Shown here: positions 10,255 to 20,638 of the stretch, piece by piece
Layout of the letters: each line of letters opens with the position of its first letter
Position numbering within the stretch: the first letter of the stretch is position 1
Assembly: GCA_039028615.1 (NCBI GenBank)
Contig: JBCCHT010000016.1
Coordinates: 64,001-128,000, forward strand
Length of the DNA: 64,000 nucleotides
Source: Myxococcota bacterium
GTDB lineage: Bacteria; Myxococcota_A; Polyangia; Nannocystales; Nannocystaceae
Direction: 5' to 3'
Position numbers and translations under genes: made by a program
Notes under the pieces: generated by a model
Database searches by the model: none
What the model was told of the DNA's origin: nothing
Seen by the model: only the letters and a program-made list of their open reading frames with translations

Positions 10255-11849
10255 GGTTGTCTCCGTTCGTCGGCGTCCTGGTGCAGCCGGCTATAGATGG
10301 GCTTGAGACGCCGATAGAGGGCGCAGTACTCGGAAAATTGGCGGTCGTAGACCTCGCGGACCTGAGCGCGAGGGGTGAAGCGAGCGCTCACTCCGACGTG
10401 GTTGGGGATTTCGTCCACCCCGACCAGGCCGAGGCCCACGCTGGCGAGCAGGGCGGCCCCGCGGGCGTTGCACTGCAAGGCGTCCTCGACCTGCTCGATG
10501 TCGCGGTCGAGCACGTCGGCGTAGATCTGGCACCACAGCTTCGAACTGGCCCCGCCCCCGATGACGCGAATGGGGTCGATGCGCTGACCGACGAACTTCT
10601 CGAGGGCCTGCAGCAGCCAGCGGCTATTGAAGGCCACGCCTTCGAGCACGGCCCGCATCATGTCGGCGCGCGTGCTGGTGAGCGACAGGTTGATGAAGGC
10701 CGCTCGCACCGTGTGATCGGGGATCGGGCAGCGCTCGCCGTAGAGCCACGGCGTGAAGATGACCCCGCCCGCGCCCGGCTCGGACTCGTCGGCGGCGGCG
10801 TCGAGGCGCTGGAAGAAGTCGTCGGGCGCCGGTCCTCCGCCCAGGGCGTCCTCGGGATGCAGGACATTGTCGCGCAGCCAGGTGAGGCACGCTCCGGCCG
10901 TCTCCTGCTCGTTGGCCACGAAGTAGCGGCCGGGCAGCGCGGAGGGTAACGACGCCATGTTGTTGCCGAGGTCGGTCTTCTTGAAGGGCACGTGGCAGGT
11001 CAGCCACGACGAGGTGCCGAGATAGACGTGGGCTTGCTTGTCTCGCACCGCACCCGAGCCGACCGCGGCCGATTGCACGTCGGGGGTGCCGCCCACCACC
11101 TTGACCTCGGTACTCAGGCCGAGGTCCGCGGCCGCCTTGGCGGTCAGCGTGCCGACGACGTCGGTCGCTCCGCACAGCTCGGGCAGCTTTTCGCGGGGCA
11201 GCCCGGCCAGCCGCAGCAGGGTGGGGTCGTAGTCGATGTGGTCGATGTCGCGGTTGTCGGTGACCCAGTGCAGCGCGATCGAGTCGTAGGTCGCCACCGC
11301 CCGGCCCGTGAGCCGCTGGATGAGGTAGTCCTTGGGCTCCAGCAGCTTGGCCGCGTCTCGGTACTGGTCCGGCCGCTCGTGGCGAAGAAAGAGGATATGG
11401 GAGAGGGGCTCCTTGCCCACCAGGCTGGGGGCCCCGCCCGTGCGGCGGATCCAGGTCCACAGCTTGTTGGCGGCGTAGCCCTCCACCTTCACCAGGCCGC
11501 CCACGACCTCGTCGATGTACTTCGCTCCGCGCGAGTCCATCCAGATGATGGAGCGGCCCAGCGCGTTGCCCTCGGCATCGACGGGCACGGTGCCGGCCCA
11601 CTGCGAGGTCACCCCGACCCCGACCACCCGCTCGGGATCGGCCAGCTTCCGTGCATGCAGTTTCGCGGTGGCGCTGACGATGGCCGACCACCACTCCTCG
11701 GGGTCCTGCTCCGCCCCGCCGCCGTCCGACAGGTGCAGCGTCGTGGGGGCGGTCTCTCCTCCCAGCACCTGTCCGGTCGCGGTGACCAGAGCCACCTTGG
11801 GCCCCGAGGTCCCGAGATCGATAGCGAGGATGAGCGGCGATGAGGTCAC
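10251..11849 (-). CDS. FGGY-family carbohydrate kinase (xylulokinase-like)
   Basis: [41 protein letters not shown]. Its stop overlaps the next start by 4 bp. Confidence 0.9.
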   Translation of the reverse strand: MTSSPLILAIDLGTSGPKVALVTATGQVLGGETAPTTLHLSDGGGAEQDPEEWWSAIVSATAKLHARKLADPERVVGVGVTSQWAGTVPVDAEGNALGRSIIWMDSRGAKYIDEVVGGLVKVEGYAANKLWTWIRRTGGAPSLVGKEPLSHILFLRHERPDQYRDAAKLLEPKDYLIQRLTGRAVATYDSIALHWVTDNRDIDHIDYDPTLLRLAGLPREKLPELCGATDVVGTLTAKAAADLGLSTEVKVVGGTPDVQSAAVGSGAVRDKQAHVYLGTSSWLTCHVPFKKTDLGNNMASLPSALPGRYFVANEQETAGACLTWLRDNVLHPEDALGGGPAPDDFFQRLDAAADESEPGAGGVIFTPWLYGERCPIPDHTVRAAFINLSLTSTRADMMRAVLEGVAFNSRWLLQALEKFVGQRIDPIRVIGGGASSKLWCQIYADVLDRDIEQVEDALQCNARGAALLASVGLGLVGVDEIPNHVGVSARFTPRAQVREVYDRQFSEYCALYRRLKPIYSRLHQDADERRQP

Positions 11850-11940
11850 GGCGGGTCCGGTGGTGCCGGGGATAGTGCCATGCGCGAGGCGCGAACGTGA
11901 GTTGGGAACTGGATTCGCTCCTCGTGCGTGTAAAGTAGTG

Positions 11941-12282
11941 ATGATGTCCCGTCGTGCCGTCGCCCTGGTGTTCGTCTCCGGCCTCTTTGCGGTGGGGTGT
12001 GCCGCCGCGACCGACACGCCGACCGCCGATCCCGAGGCGATGCGGCTCGATCCGCCGGTCACCATCGTCGAGGAGCCCGCCGAGCCGCCCGAAGAGGTGG
12101 CCGCTCAGGAGTCCGAGCAGCAGGCTGCCCTCACGGAGATCGCACGCGATCCCGATACAGAGGTGGTGACCTTCGAAGGCGAGGACGCCGATCCGGGGAT
12201 GGCCGACGAAATCACGGCGGCGCCCAAGCGGGAAAACCTGCCTTCCATGATGTCTGGCATCATCAAAGGCCCGAATAAGTAG
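11941..12282 (+). CDS. Small putative lipoprotein
   Basis: Signal peptide with lipobox-like FAVGC and an acidic body. Confidence 0.6.
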   Translation: MMSRRAVALVFVSGLFAVGCAAATDTPTADPEAMRLDPPVTIVEEPAEPPEEVAAQESEQQAALTEIARDPDTEVVTFEGEDADPGMADEITAAPKRENLPSMMSGIIKGPNK

Positions 12283-12610
12283 TTCCGGGCCCCTGTGCTC
12301 GCCCTCGTGGCTCGGCTCGAGGTCCCGCAGATGCGCAGCGCGCGGCGGCTTTGTTCGCGGTGCGCGCATCGTCGGGGGTGAACGCGCGGTGCTGGCGAAC
12401 GGTCAACTAGGCCATGCGGCCGCTTCAACGGTCGATTGGCCGACCATTCGGTAACCGTCCCATCCTGGTTCTTGATTGTCGGGTTTCCACTTGCAAGTGG
12501 GTGTTTCCCGCAATTCCTGGCAGTGGGGTACGTGGGATCCGGGGGTCCGTGACCTGACGCTATAGTGGCTTGGCGTACGATATTTTGTAATTTTGATTGC
12601 GTAAAACACA

Positions 12611-12629
12611 AATAATGATGATTATCACT
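12611..12629. promoter_or_regulatory. Fur-box-like site in AT-rich intergenic region upstream of ThDP/KAS III pair
   Basis: TAATGATGATTATCA (12613-12627) matches the 7-1-7 TGATAATnATTATCA at 12/14 positions. Confidence 0.4.
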
Positions 12630-12890
12630 GCGTTACCAGCGCTAACTTTCGCGGGGCAGATTTCGAAATGTCTTTGGAACGACCGTAATTTCAGTCGTTT
12701 CGCTGCCTCGGTCGAGCAGGACCAAACCGATCCTGCTGGCAACTTTTTCCGGCGCTCACTTGAATCCACGCGTGTTCTGCCGCAGATCTACGACATGTAA
12801 GGGGGCGTCGGAGTTCAAACCCTGGACCAACGCGGGGGCGCGGTGGTCGAATCAGCAGGGCGCGAACAACGGGCGACGCAGTTGGGGGCT

Positions 12891-14705
12891 ATGAGCAAAC
12901 TCTCCGAAGTACTTGCCATCGATCAGAACGTAGTGGGGGATGCGTTCGATCAAGGGCAGCAAGAAAAGCAGCACGACGAGCTACTGGACTTCGTCGTCGA
13001 GCCCGAGTCGACGCGGATGTCGGACGTGCTCGCGAACGTGTTGGCCGACCTGGGGGTCGAGTCCGCATTCGGCGTCGTTGGCGGCGGCATCGCTCCATTG
13101 AGTGATGCCCTCAACGGCTCGTCGATTCGCGTGGTCCATGCCCGTCACGAGTCGGGCGCGGCATTCGCTGCCGTCGAGGCTTCGCTGGCCAGTGGCCGAC
13201 CGACCGTGGTCTTCGCGACCACGGGCCCGGGCATCACCAACGCGCTGACCGGGCTGTTCGTGGCTCGCCGCGAAGGGGCTCAGGTCATCTTCTTGTCGGG
13301 CACCACGCCGCCGTCGCAGCGCGATCGCTGGGTTCTCCAAGAGTCCGGCCCGCATGCGATGCTCAGCGACCTCTATACGGCCGGTCCGCTGTTCCACTAC
13401 GCCACCGCCATCGAGCACGAAGATCAGCTCGACGTCGCGGTCTGTCGCTTGGCTCGAGGTCTACGGCGCCCGCACGGCTTCGTGGCTCACATCGCCATGC
13501 CGACGAGCATCCAGTCCAAGGAGCTGTCCCGGCCGCCGCGCAAGCTGGCCGCCGAGGAGCTTCGCCCGGAGCGCCTGGTCGATACGCACGACGTCAAACG
13601 CTGCGCCGAGCTGCTCACCAACGGGCAGATGATGCTGTGGGTCGGCTACGGCGCCCGCAACTGCTCGAGCCAGGTTCGTCAGCTCGCCGAGCGCCTGCAG
13701 GCGCCGGTCATGTCCACGCCGCGCGCCAAGGGAATCTTCCCCGAGGAGCATCCGCTCTACGTCGGCGTCACTGGCCTGGGCGGCCACATCGGCCCGGCCA
13801 AGGCGGCGATGTCGCTCGAGCCCAAGCACGTGCTGGTGCTCGGCACTCGCCTCGGTGAGCTGAGCTCCGGCTGGGCGTCCGAGCTGCTGCCCACCGACAG
13901 TCTGATCCACGTCGACATCGATCCCGACGTGCCCGGCTTGGCCTTCCCGGACATGCCGACCTTCGGCATCCAGGCCGAGCTCGAGACCTTCCTGAACGCG
14001 TTGCTCGAGGAGCTGCCGGCCGCTCACAAAGCCGAGCCGGTGCAGGTCGAGTCGCATAAGCGACCGTCCTCCCTCACGCCGCGACGGCTGGGCCAGGTGC
14101 GACCGCAGGTCCTGCTCGACGCCATCCAGCGCCTCATCGTCGACGAGACGGAGGCGATCATCGTGGCCGAGGCGGGCAACTCGTTCGCGTGGACCAACCA
14201 CCAGCTGTGCATGCCGCGAGCGGGCCGCTATCGCGCCAACATGGGCTGGGGCTCGATGGGCCACGGAGCGACCGGCGTGCTGGGAGCCGCGCTGCACCAC
14301 GCCGACAAGGCCGTGTCCATCGTGGGCGACGGCGCCATGCTCATGAACTGCGAGGTCAGCACCGCGGTTCAGTACAACATCCCCGTCATCTGGATCGTCG
14401 TGAACGACTCGCAGTACGGGATGGTCGAGCACGGGATGCGGGCCGCGGGCTACCAGCCCGTCGAGACCCCGATTCCCCGGACCGACTTTGCCGAGTTTGC
14501 CCGCTCGATGGGTGCCGATGGGGTGCGCATCGAGTCCGAGGAGGACCTCGAGGGGGCACTGACGGCCGCCCTCGAAGCGGCAGGGCCCTTCGTCGTCGAT
14601 GTGGTGATCGACCCGGACATCCCCGCCCCGGTGGGGAGCCGACTCAACAACCTCGCCGAGCACGGCGTGAACACTGACGGTGAAGGAGACGAGGACGACG
14701 CATGA
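12891..14705 (+). CDS. Thiamine-diphosphate-dependent enzyme (ScyA/CybE-like acyloin synthase, AHAS family)
   Basis: RHESGAAFAA, TTGPGITN, GSMG, GDGA...N ThDP motif. Confidence 0.9.
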   Translation: MSKLSEVLAIDQNVVGDAFDQGQQEKQHDELLDFVVEPESTRMSDVLANVLADLGVESAFGVVGGGIAPLSDALNGSSIRVVHARHESGAAFAAVEASLASGRPTVVFATTGPGITNALTGLFVARREGAQVIFLSGTTPPSQRDRWVLQESGPHAMLSDLYTAGPLFHYATAIEHEDQLDVAVCRLARGLRRPHGFVAHIAMPTSIQSKELSRPPRKLAAEELRPERLVDTHDVKRCAELLTNGQMMLWVGYGARNCSSQVRQLAERLQAPVMSTPRAKGIFPEEHPLYVGVTGLGGHIGPAKAAMSLEPKHVLVLGTRLGELSSGWASELLPTDSLIHVDIDPDVPGLAFPDMPTFGIQAELETFLNALLEELPAAHKAEPVQVESHKRPSSLTPRRLGQVRPQVLLDAIQRLIVDETEAIIVAEAGNSFAWTNHQLCMPRAGRYRANMGWGSMGHGATGVLGAALHHADKAVSIVGDGAMLMNCEVSTAVQYNIPVIWIVVNDSQYGMVEHGMRAAGYQPVETPIPRTDFAEFARSMGADGVRIESEEDLEGALTAALEAAGPFVVDVVIDPDIPAPVGSRLNNLAEHGVNTDGEGDEDDA

Positions 14706-15823
14706 AACCGGTAGGCTTCCGTTCACTCTCCGTTTCTTTTCCCGACACCGTTCGCACCAACGACTACTTCCGAGAGCAGAATCCCGAGCTCGTAGCGACG
14801 GCCGAGGAACGCACGCTCGCCAAGGTGTGGGCCAACCATGGGGGCGAGCCCTCCACCTTCGACCGCACCTTCGAGCCCTTCCGCGACGATCCCTTTCGTG
14901 GGACCCAGGAGCGCCGGGCGCTGCAGCCGGGCGAGAAGATGCTGCCGGTCGAGATCGACGCGGCCCGCAAGGCCGTCGCCGCGGCGGGACTCGAGCCGGG
15001 CGACATCGACACCGTGCTCGCGACCTCGTTCCTGCCCGACACCATCGGCATCGGGGCGGCGGTGTTCATCGCCAAGGCGCTCGGCATCAAGGGCGCGGCG
15101 TGGAACATCGAGACGGCGTGCAGCAGCGCCACCGCGGGCTTCCAGCTGGCCAGCTCCCTGGTGCGGGCCGAGCAGGCCAAGCACGTGCTGGTGGTGATCT
15201 CCTGCAGCTACTCGCGGGTCAGCGATCCCAACGACACCTTCGGATGGTTCCTCGGTGACGGCTGTGCCGCCTTCGTGGTCGGTGCGGTCGACGAGGGCTA
15301 CGGCCACATCGCGGCGCACACCATCAACACGGCCGAGACCTGCGGTGCCTTCTGGTACATGCTGGACCTCGATCCCGAGGGCAAGCCGTGGATTCGTGTC
15401 GAGGCCGGCGGCAAGGCGGGACGCTCGCTCCGCGACACGGCCGAGCCCTACCTTCGCCAGTGCGTCGAGGGGGCGGCCAAGGCCGCGGGCGTGGGCCTGG
15501 GCGACATCGACTTCTTCGCCTTCAACACGCCGACCGCCTGGTACGGGGAATTCTGCGTGCAGACGCTGGGCATCGATCGCGACAAGACGATCAACACCTA
15601 CCCGCTGTACGCCAACATGGGGCCCGTGCTGTGGCCGGTGAACCTGCACCACGCCGCGTCGCTCGGGAAGCCGAAGAAGGACGACCTGGTGCTGCTATAC
15701 TCGGTGGGCAGCGTGTCCTCGGCCGGCTCCATCGTGATGCGCTGGGGCGACGTGGGCCTCGGTCCGCTGCCGCAGCGGGTCCAGGACGACATGGACGCCT
15801 GCACCAAGCTCGTGGCCGTCTGA
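14702..15823 (+). CDS. 3-oxoacyl-ACP synthase III-like protein (furanolide synthase CybF-like)
   Basis: ETACSS catalytic Cys, GDG.AA, FNTPT (Asn in place of the FabH His), ANMGP; ATGA overlap with the upstream gene. Confidence 0.82.
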   Translation: MKPVGFRSLSVSFPDTVRTNDYFREQNPELVATAEERTLAKVWANHGGEPSTFDRTFEPFRDDPFRGTQERRALQPGEKMLPVEIDAARKAVAAAGLEPGDIDTVLATSFLPDTIGIGAAVFIAKALGIKGAAWNIETACSSATAGFQLASSLVRAEQAKHVLVVISCSYSRVSDPNDTFGWFLGDGCAAFVVGAVDEGYGHIAAHTINTAETCGAFWYMLDLDPEGKPWIRVEAGGKAGRSLRDTAEPYLRQCVEGAAKAAGVGLGDIDFFAFNTPTAWYGEFCVQTLGIDRDKTINTYPLYANMGPVLWPVNLHHAASLGKPKKDDLVLLYSVGSVSSAGSIVMRWGDVGLGPLPQRVQDDMDACTKLVAV

Positions 15824-15855
15824 GCCCGGGCCATGGGGCTACGGCCCCACGATCG

Positions 15856-15890
15856 AAGAAGGCACCCCAACGGGTGCCTTCTTTCGTTTC
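15856..15890 (+). terminator. Intrinsic terminator (likely bidirectional)
   Basis: Perfect 12-bp stem AAGAAGGCACCC-CAAC-GGGTGCCTTCTT followed by TCGTTTC, between convergent genes. Confidence 0.75.
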
Positions 15891-15907
15891 GGCGGGCCGC
15901 GAAGGGC

Positions 15908-16396
15908 TCAGGCCGGGTGGCGGTGATTCTCGACGAAGTCGGAGATCACGCTGGGGCTGAGCTCGGGCGCACCGCGCTGAGACAGGATGTACGGCATCCA
16001 CTCCGACGCGCTCTTCACCGTGGCGAAGGTGTTGGTCGGGTAGGGGCTGCGCGTCACGATGCTCATCGTGCGGGCCATGGCCCGCGTCAGGCCGCCGAGG
16101 ACACCCTGGACCTCGATGACCGCCGCCATGCCGAGAGCCGCCTCCCGATGAGCACGCATGGCCTCGTCGAAGGCCTGGCGTACGTCGGGACCGACCGGCG
16201 CACAGTTGGCGGTGATGATTGCAACGAGTGCAAAGCCGCGGCCGGCTTCACCCTCGAACTTTGAAAAGTGGCGCGCCGCCAACTTCGCCGTGTCCACTGT
16301 GGGCGTCGCTCTCCAGATGACGACCGCACAGTTTTCGATAGTTCCGACGAAGAGTTCGGGGCGGTCCTCGAACACGCCATGGCTCGGTTCAGTCAT
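15908..16396 (-). CDS. Hypothetical protein, STAS/SEC14-like myxobacterial family
   Basis: ATG 16396; alpha/beta pattern ending 'P...FATV..A..W'. Confidence 0.6.
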   Translation of the reverse strand: MTEPSHGVFEDRPELFVGTIENCAVVIWRATPTVDTAKLAARHFSKFEGEAGRGFALVAIITANCAPVGPDVRQAFDEAMRAHREAALGMAAVIEVQGVLGGLTRAMARTMSIVTRSPYPTNTFATVKSASEWMPYILSQRGAPELSPSVISDFVENHRHPA

Positions 16397-16557
16397 CGAG
16401 TTTGCCTGCGGCCGGGTCGGGGGGAAGCGGCCGTCCAAGTGCTCATCCATCTTACGCAGGGGTCCTAGGACGCGTCCAGCGAGGGAATTTGGGGCGAACA
16501 CGCCCATCCTCGTGGACCCGTCGGGTCGCGCTCTAGGCGCGTTGGTCCGGGGGTCGA

Positions 16558-17916
16558 TCAGCCCGCCAGGCGCTCGAAGACGCGGGTGAACGCCGTCATT
16601 CCGACCTTGGCTTGCTTCCAGTCGAAACGCTCGTTGGGTGCGTGGTAGCCGTGTTCCGGCAGGCTGAGCGGGAGGAAGTGCACGGGAACGCCCAGCTCGT
16701 TGGCGAGGATCGGTACCGCGCCAATCGATCCCCCCTCGCGAACGGTGACGGGGACGCGTCCGGTGGCGTCGGTGAGGCCTCCGACGATCGCGTCGTGGAT
16801 CTTCCCCTCGGTGGGGCCGCTATAGGGCCCGAGGTAGCCGGAGATCTCCACGTCGACGTCGGGGTTGAGGTCGTGCACGAACTTGGCGAGCCGCTCGCCG
16901 AGCCGCACCGGGTCTTGGTTGGGCACGAGTCGGAAGCTGACCTTCAGCTCCGCCTCGTTGGGCACGATGGTCTTGACGCCGGGACCGGTGTGGCCGCCGG
17001 CGAGCCCGTGCACCTCGAAGGTGGGGCGGGCCCAGATTCGCAGCATCACCTCGAGCGGGATGTTGGTCTCGAGTCGCTCGAGGTCGTGGGCGCGCTTGAA
17101 GTAGTCGATGTCGAAGCCCGAGCGGAGGTAGCCGTCGAGCTCTTCCTTCGACACGGGCTCCACGTCTTCGTGCCAGAAGCGGGCGCCGTCGATCGCGGTG
17201 CTGATGGCGGCGAGCTCTCGGACCGGGTTGCGAGCGGCACCGCCGGCGAGACCGGAGTGCGAGGGCTTGCCCGCCGTGCGCAGCCGGAGGATGGCCTGCA
17301 TCGAGCCACGGAGCGCGGTGGAGATGGCCGGCTGGGCGTCGCTGGGCCAGATGGTGTCGGAGACGATGACCGCGTCGCAGGCGAGCTGCTCGCGCTTGGC
17401 TTGGACCACCTCGCCGAAGTTGGGACTGCCGATTTCTTCCTCGGTCTCCCACAGGATCGAGATGTCGATGGGGAGCTTGCGCTGCGCGATCCAGCTGGCG
17501 GCACGCACGGCGGAGAGCCCGGGTCCCTTGTCGTCGGTGGTGCCGCGCGCTTTGTATAGCCACTCGCGATCGCCGTGCGCCTCGATCTCCATCGTGAACG
17601 GGTCGTCCTGGCGCCAGATGCTGGCGTCGGCCGGCTGCACGTCGAGATGGTTGTAGACGACGATATGGGCGATGGGCGAAGGATGTCGGAACTGAGCGAG
17701 GACGGACGGGGTGCCGCTGCACTCCACGAGCTGGGCGTCGGCACCCGCTTCTTGCATGATGCGGCAGGCCGCTTCGGCGCCTGCTCGGATCTCTGCATTA
17801 CCGGTCTTTCCGGGGCTGACCGTCTTGTGCTCGACGAGCGTTTTGAGTCGCTCGCGGAACCAAGGTTCGGAGCTTTCCACTGCTTCGTGTAGTTCGTCGC
17901 CCTTCGTCTCGCCCAT
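16558..17916 (-). CDS. M20 family metallopeptidase (dipeptidase/deacylase)
   Basis: HLDVQP, RGTTDDKG, EEEIGS, HSG, HAPNE. Confidence 0.92.
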   Translation of the reverse strand: MGETKGDELHEAVESSEPWFRERLKTLVEHKTVSPGKTGNAEIRAGAEAACRIMQEAGADAQLVECSGTPSVLAQFRHPSPIAHIVVYNHLDVQPADASIWRQDDPFTMEIEAHGDREWLYKARGTTDDKGPGLSAVRAASWIAQRKLPIDISILWETEEEIGSPNFGEVVQAKREQLACDAVIVSDTIWPSDAQPAISTALRGSMQAILRLRTAGKPSHSGLAGGAARNPVRELAAISTAIDGARFWHEDVEPVSKEELDGYLRSGFDIDYFKRAHDLERLETNIPLEVMLRIWARPTFEVHGLAGGHTGPGVKTIVPNEAELKVSFRLVPNQDPVRLGERLAKFVHDLNPDVDVEISGYLGPYSGPTEGKIHDAIVGGLTDATGRVPVTVREGGSIGAVPILANELGVPVHFLPLSLPEHGYHAPNERFDWKQAKVGMTAFTRVFERLAG

Positions 17917-18498
17917 TTTTTCTCCGGTTATGAACCGCGTTCCGCCACGGTTGCGCTTACCACCTGCGCTGCCTGGTCGCCAAGCGGGTTGAACCCTGAG
18001 TGGGTCTCGTGAGCCAGGCGTCGATGTCGGGCGAGGCTTCGAGCAAGAGACGGCTCGGTACTCGCCACGGGCGGCAGGGGTCCTCGACGGTGCGAGGCGT
18101 ACCGTATCGTGCACTAGGGGCGTTGCACATCCATCGCGGGTGATCGTGGCTACACGTTGGCCACATCGGGGGGCGTGTCGTGGTGTGAATGGAGGCGCGC
18201 ACACGAGGCACACTTCCAACGACATCTAGGCGCTCACGAAGTCCGCTGGCTGACGCGTAGATCCGTTGCGAGCAACGGCAACGCCGGAACATGTTGCTGA
18301 AACCGCACTGCTCATGCGACGCGTGCAATGAAGGCAGGAGCTTGGTCACGGTCGGTGTCGGTCGAGATCCATGGATCCACGGCTCAGCGCCGATCGCGTC
18401 GGCACAGGACTCGAATGTTCCGCGCCATGTTTGGTGAACTGGCGTCCGGGGCTGCTATGATGATGTTCTGCCAACTTTGACTAGCTTGACCTTTCGCG

Positions 18499-19626
18499 AT
18501 GTCTGGCCTCGACCACTGTGAGCCGCGTGCTCGCTCGCCCCGTTGGGCGCTTCCCTCCCTGATGCTCTTGCTCGCCGTGGGCTGTAGCTCGGCAGGAGAG
18601 GACGAAGGCGCTCCGTTTACCAGTGGCGGCGAGGCTCAAGATTCCCCGCTCGACGAGCCGGCGGGTGAGGTCGGCGGAGACGAAGAAGGAGGCGGAACCG
18701 GCGCTGCGGATGACGGCGGCTCCAGCGACGGCGCCGAGCCGGGAGACGCCGACGACGGCGGTGATGTTCCTCCCCCGCCGCGGCCCAGCGACGACGATGG
18801 TTCCTTTGCCGGGTGCCCGCAGCCGCTGCCGGGTGCATGGGTCTTTTGCGAAGACTTCGAGACCATCGCCGATCCGGGCGAGGTCATGCTCGACTACCAA
18901 GAGTTCGACGGGGCCTTCGTGCTCGTCGACGAGACGGGGGCATCGGGCGAGCGCTCGATGCAGGTGACCTACCGCGAGGGGGAAGAGGCCGCGGGGTGGA
19001 TGGTCCTGACCTTCGGTGCCTCGCCGCTCGATCACGGCGACCGGCCCACCTACGCCCCCGAGGGTTCGTTTCAAGAAGTGTACTGGCGGCTGCGCCTCAA
19101 GACCGAGCTCGGCTGGCCCGACCTCGGTCCCGGTCAGCTGACCCGCACCATCTCGTTCGCCGATGCCGACTGGTCCGAAGCCGCGGTCGCTCACCTGCGC
19201 TCGGCCGAGGGTGACGTCGTGCTCGAGGGCGAGCCCGCAACCTGCATCGCCGGAGGCCAAGTCGCCTGCAACGGCTTCGACGACGCCGAAGGCCAGGAAC
19301 AGCTGGGCCCCATGCTCGGCGAGACCGAGCTGTTCTCCGCCGAAGAGTCCGGCCGCTGGCACTGCGTCGAAGGCCGCCTGAAGCTCAACTCTCCGGGGGC
19401 GGCCGACGGCCTGTTCGAGTTCTGGGTCGACGACGAGCTCCAGGCCTCGCGCGGCGACCTCGACCTGCGCGGGTCGTGGACCGAGTACGGCATCAATGCG
19501 CTGGTGGTCGAGAACCTGTGGCCGGGTGGCGCTCCGCAGAACCTACGCCGCTGGATCGACGACGTCGTCGTCTCCACCGAGCCCATCGGGTGCCAACCCG
19601 GCCCCGCTGGCGCCACGCCGAACTGA
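18499..19626 (+). CDS. Lipoprotein with polysaccharide-lyase/ConA-like beta-sandwich domain
   Basis: LAVGC lipobox, acidic linker, 'FCEDFE...GRWHCVE...WVDD...WIDDVVVST.PIGC'. Confidence 0.7.
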   Translation: MSGLDHCEPRARSPRWALPSLMLLLAVGCSSAGEDEGAPFTSGGEAQDSPLDEPAGEVGGDEEGGGTGAADDGGSSDGAEPGDADDGGDVPPPPRPSDDDGSFAGCPQPLPGAWVFCEDFETIADPGEVMLDYQEFDGAFVLVDETGASGERSMQVTYREGEEAAGWMVLTFGASPLDHGDRPTYAPEGSFQEVYWRLRLKTELGWPDLGPGQLTRTISFADADWSEAAVAHLRSAEGDVVLEGEPATCIAGGQVACNGFDDAEGQEQLGPMLGETELFSAEESGRWHCVEGRLKLNSPGAADGLFEFWVDDELQASRGDLDLRGSWTEYGINALVVENLWPGGAPQNLRRWIDDVVVSTEPIGCQPGPAGATPN

Positions 19627-19644
19627 GCCGACGCTCGACCGAGG

Positions 19645-20220
19645 GTGTCGGCGCTCGACCGTGCTACGGTCGAAAAGGCCGTGTTCGACAAGCTGTTGGT
19701 GCTCGACTTGGATGAGACGCTCATCCACGCCACGACCCGCGAGCTGGCGGCGACGCCCGACTTCGAGGTGGGGCCCTTTGTGGTGTATCGGCGCCCGGGA
19801 GTCGAGCAGTTCTTGGAGTATTGCTTGGGGGCCTTCGCGGCCGTGGGCGTGTGGACGTCGTCGACGATGTCCTACGCGGCCGAAGTGATCGAGCACCTCG
19901 TCGATCCGAAACGGCTGCACTTCCTATGGGCGCGAGAGCGCTGCACGATTCGGGTGGATCCCGAGACCCGTGAGTACGAGTACCTCAAAGATCTGAAGAA
20001 GCTCCGTCGCCGCGGCTTCGACAAGCGCAAGATCATCGCGGTGGACGACACCCCGGCCAAGTTCCAGCGTAGCTACGGCAACCTGGTCAGGATTCGTGCG
20101 TTCGAAGGAGAGCCCGAAGATCGCGAGCTGCAGGTGTTGACGCGATACCTCCAGCGACTCGGCTCGGTGCCGGACGTGCGGGCCGTCGAAAAGCGGTTCT
20201 GGCGGACGCAGCAACCCTGA
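19645..20220 (+). CDS. NIF/FCP1-like HAD phosphatase
   Basis: LVLDLDETLIH (DxDxT), RPGV..FL, VWTSS, KDLKK, VDDTP. Confidence 0.88.
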   Translation: MSALDRATVEKAVFDKLLVLDLDETLIHATTRELAATPDFEVGPFVVYRRPGVEQFLEYCLGAFAAVGVWTSSTMSYAAEVIEHLVDPKRLHFLWARERCTIRVDPETREYEYLKDLKKLRRRGFDKRKIIAVDDTPAKFQRSYGNLVRIRAFEGEPEDRELQVLTRYLQRLGSVPDVRAVEKRFWRTQQP

Positions 20221-20358
20221 TCATCCGCGGGAAGAGCGAGTCAAAGCGCCCCAGTGGGGTCCCCTGCCGGTCTCGTTTGTGGGTGAGCCCCCCCGAAGGG
20301 AGGGGTGGAAGGGTGAAGAGGGCATGGCACGGTGCTTGCTGACCAAGGCGCCAAGCTC

Positions 20359-20622
20359 ATGACTCTCACCGGCATAGCCATCTACCTCCTCTTCGGTTTC
20401 ATCATCGGTGCCATCGCGCGCTTCGTCATGCCGGGCAAGGACCCCATGGCGTGGTGGCAGACGATCTTGCTCGGGATTACCGGGTCGTTCGTCGGCGGCT
20501 GGCTGGGGTCGTTCCTCCAGCTCGGCATCGGTGGGTCCATCCTCGGTGTGCCCGTGGCGGGCCTGGTGATGGGGACCTTGGGTGCCGTGCTGATCCTCGC
20601 CGTCCTGCGAATGCTGCGTTGA
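20359..20622 (+). CDS. GlsB/YeaQ/YmgE family membrane protein
   Basis: 'GFIIGAIARFVMPG...TILLGITGSFVGG' transglycosylase-associated pattern. Confidence 0.88.
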   Translation: MTLTGIAIYLLFGFIIGAIARFVMPGKDPMAWWQTILLGITGSFVGGWLGSFLQLGIGGSILGVPVAGLVMGTLGAVLILAVLRMLR

Positions 20623-20638
20623 CCCCGAACGCAGCGGT

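Noticed and set aside
17917..18498. Possible ncRNA or small ORF in a 580-bp divergent intergenic region
   Set aside because: No recognisable riboswitch, repeat or convincing ORF by eye; a covariance-model search would be needed.
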